Source of the DNA: an uncultured virus (IMG/VR IMGVR_UViG_3300046507_000660)
Taxonomy: Duplodnaviria; Heunggongvirae; Uroviricota; Caudoviricetes
Length of the DNA stretch: 20,000 nucleotides
IMG/VR virus record: IMGVR_UViG_3300046507_000660
Span: 55,447 to 75,446 of that record
Direction: 5' to 3' (one strand)
This document shows positions 17,988-20,000 of the stretch, in pieces. Position 1 is the stretch's first letter, and every line of letters begins with the position of its first letter. The notes beneath the pieces were generated by a model. It worked only from the letters and a program-made list of their open reading frames with translations. It ran no database searches and had not been told where the DNA came from. The position numbers and the translations under genes are program-made.

Positions 17988-18395
17988 ATGGAGTGGCTCA
18001 CCTCTCTGGCGCCTGTCCTCGCCCCCCTGTCCGGCATGGTTGGCGTGCTGGGCGGAGCCTGGATGGTGTACCGCCAGACGAGACACAAGACCGACACGGA
18101 CGCCCGCACCGCGGAAGCCAACACGGCAGTCACCGCTGTGACGACCGTGACGGAGGGCTTCACCAAACTGCTGGAGCAGCAGCGCGAGACCAACGCGAAG
18201 ACCCTCGAGCGACTCACCACGGTCGAGGCCCGCGTCGAGCGCCTCGAGGAGGAACAACGGCAGTGGCGACGGTGGAAGGCCGCCGCGGTGGAGTACATCC
18301 ACCAGCTCCGCGCCCTGGTCGGCCGGCTCCGCGAGAGTCCCGCTCCGGCCCCGCCGCGCGAGCTCGCCGAGGACCTGGGCGACAACGCGACGTAA
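17988..18395 (+). CDS. Membrane-anchored coiled-coil protein, lysis-cassette type
   Basis: RBS GAGGAGG. One N-terminal TM segment followed by a heptad-rich region (LERLTTVEARVERLEEEQRQW). Confidence 0.75.
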   Translation: MEWLTSLAPVLAPLSGMVGVLGGAWMVYRQTRHKTDTDARTAEANTAVTAVTTVTEGFTKLLEQQRETNAKTLERLTTVEARVERLEEEQRQWRRWKAAAVEYIHQLRALVGRLRESPAPAPPRELAEDLGDNAT

Positions 18396-18416
18396 GCCGT
18401 CGGCCGCGCGCACAGT
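18386..18416 (+). promoter_or_regulatory. Conserved bipartite promoter-like motif, copy 7
   Basis: CGCGAC(18386-18391)GTAAGCC, N19, CACAGT(18411-18416). Confidence 0.65.
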
Positions 18417-18437
18417 CCGCCCGTCACGCATCCACGC

Positions 18438-18776
18438 ATGAAGGGCAATCCCTTGTCTCCAGTACTCGAAGCACTCGCGAATGGCGGCCAGGTGGGCGCA
18501 GTACTGCCGCTGCTCACCGCGGTCGTACAGCGCCCCGCCTGGTCCGCCCGGTACAAGCAGGTCGTCGCGGTCGTGGCCGCGCTCGTCGCCGGCGTCGCGG
18601 CCGTAGCGGCAGACGGCGGCTGGGATCAGTTCCAGCACGGCAAGCTCACCCTGGCCACCTTCCTCGGCGTCCTGGCGGCCGCCCAGACGTCCTATGACCT
18701 GATCTGGAAGCCCAGCAAGATCGCCCCCGTGATCGAGGCTCTGACGACGCGGAAGGGGGCGCAGCAGGCCGAATAG
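18438..18776 (+). CDS. Putative holin (start 18438 ATG or 18453 TTG)
   Basis: About 110 aa, 2-3 hydrophobic segments, 'LPLLTAVVQRPAWSARYKQVVAVVAA' pattern, basic C-terminus. Confidence 0.72.
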   Translation: MKGNPLSPVLEALANGGQVGAVLPLLTAVVQRPAWSARYKQVVAVVAALVAGVAAVAADGGWDQFQHGKLTLATFLGVLAAAQTSYDLIWKPSKIAPVIEALTTRKGAQQAE

Positions 18777-19112
18777 GGACCATGGGGCCCGCCGGCCCTC
18801 CACCTGGCGGGTACCATCTGCAACGAGGTGGCCGTACTGCCGCCGCGAATACGCGTCTGAGACTCCGGTCAGGTCTATGGGCTGTGACACGCGTTGCTCG
18901 TAAGAGCAGGGTGTTCCTCTCGCCCGTGGTCGACCTGGCCATCATGGGGCCGACCAACCGGGTGCGCGCAGAGCGCTCGGGGCCGGGGAGTGGTTGCTCC
19001 TACGAAGATCCGGCACACGCTATTCGCGACCGTACGGTCACCTCACCTGTTTCAGCAGGACCATCAGGGCCCGAGAGCACGGGCCTCACCCGAAGCGGAG
19101 GAACACACGCCC

Positions 19113-19934
19113 ATGAGCAACGCGCAGAACGTCGCCGCCGAGATCGGATACCTGTCCCGGATGGGCGACGACGCGTTCATGGACACCGCCGTTGCCTACG
19201 TCATGGGGGATACCGACACGCGCGTCCCCCGGGCCGTCCAGGGCGCGGCACTCGGATCGCCTCAGCTCGCGCCCCGCACTCTCGACGCCCTCGAGACGGC
19301 CCTGCGCCGCGCACGGCAGTACAACCCTCTCCAGGAGGGCGAGACCAAGCGGCAGCAGCAGGCCCGCATCGCGCCGTGGCGGGCGAGGATCCAGGCCGCG
19401 ACAGGCCCGCTCCAGGACGTCGTCGACGACCTGGCCCACGAGCACGCGAAGCAGTTGGCCGCTCTCGACGACGACTCGTTTACCGCCCGGTTCACCGACT
19501 TCATCCTCGGCGAGCCCGCCCCCGCGCCGACTTCCCAGCGGATCGAGGCGCTCGGCTTCCGATCACACAGAGTGGCTAAGCGGGCGGCGGACATCTGCCG
19601 CCTGATGAACGAGGACCCGGGCCAGTTCCTGCCCGAGCCCGCGCCGGACGAGAGCCGCACCGCGCGGCAGAAGCGGGTCGAGGAGTTCCGCCGGCGCGTG
19701 GAGGCCGAGGCCGCGTTCCTGCGGTACGGCGCCCAGTACGCGGAGGCGCGCCAGGGCCGGATGCCTAGCGAACCGAACCACCGGCTGCAGGCGCTCAAGC
19801 TCCTCGGCAAGGCCCACCCCCAGGAGCTGCTCGAGCTCCTCCGCCAGGTCCGGGGCGAGGCCCGCGCCGCCAAGCAGGACGCGCGCCGCGATGCCAGGGA
19901 CAGCCGGCGCGCGGCCCAGTCCGGCGCGCGCTGA
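19113..19934 (+). CDS. Hypothetical helical Arg/Ala-rich protein (273 aa)
   Basis: ATG 19113 after GGAGGAA, high GC3 codon usage. No family recognised. Confidence 0.75.
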   Translation: MSNAQNVAAEIGYLSRMGDDAFMDTAVAYVMGDTDTRVPRAVQGAALGSPQLAPRTLDALETALRRARQYNPLQEGETKRQQQARIAPWRARIQAATGPLQDVVDDLAHEHAKQLAALDDDSFTARFTDFILGEPAPAPTSQRIEALGFRSHRVAKRAADICRLMNEDPGQFLPEPAPDESRTARQKRVEEFRRRVEAEAAFLRYGAQYAEARQGRMPSEPNHRLQALKLLGKAHPQELLELLRQVRGEARAAKQDARRDARDSRRAAQSGAR

Positions 19935-19964
19935 GGCGCGCTCCCGGCCGACCGCTCCACTTTC

Positions 19965-19988
19965 AGGGCGCGCCCGATGGCGCGCCCT
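19965..19988 (+). terminator. Putative intrinsic terminator hairpin
   Basis: AGGGCGCGCC-[CGAT]-GGCGCGCCCT perfect 10-bp stem, 30 nt after the stop codon, followed by TCTCC. Confidence 0.55.
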
Positions 19989-20000
19989 TCTCCATGTCCG

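Noticed and set aside
18883..18912. TGTGAC-N18-CAGGGT as an eighth motif copy
   Set aside because: Two mismatches in the hexamer, no conserved extension, and it lies inside a predicted RNA stem. Too weak to call.
19025..19055. CGCGAC upstream of the last gene as another motif copy
   Set aside because: Lacks the R-N-W-A-R-S-C extension and has no CAnnnT at 18-19 nt.
1..20000. Contractile injection system or tailocin interpretation
   Set aside because: No sheath or baseplate-wedge genes; head-tail connector genes, G/GT chaperones and Dit/Tal indicate a non-contractile siphovirus tail.

Overview
High-GC actinobacterial (Streptomyces-like, inferred from GC content and gene types) siphovirus or prophage late region, all genes on the + strand. 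Order: head-tail adaptor (5'-partial), poly-gamma-glutamate hydrolase-family gene, head closure, neck protein carrying a MuF-like insert, small ORF, tail terminator, major tail protein, tail assembly chaperone with a GGGAAAG -1 frameshift, tape measure, Dit, minor tail, Tal/hub, a 1886-aa modular tail fibre, a fibre-associated protein, two membrane/lysis genes without an endolysin, a structured 336-nt intergenic region and a hypothetical gene. The most notable signal is non-coding. Seven gene junctions carry the same bipartite promoter-like motif (CGCGAC-R-N-W-A-R-S-C, 18-19 nt after CGCGAC, then CAnnnT). In six of them (a seventh weakly) an inverted repeat pairs upstream sequence with the downstream RBS or start codon, so read-through mRNA would be translationally locked and mRNA started at the internal promoter would not. 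All calls come from reading the sequence by eye; no database searches were run.
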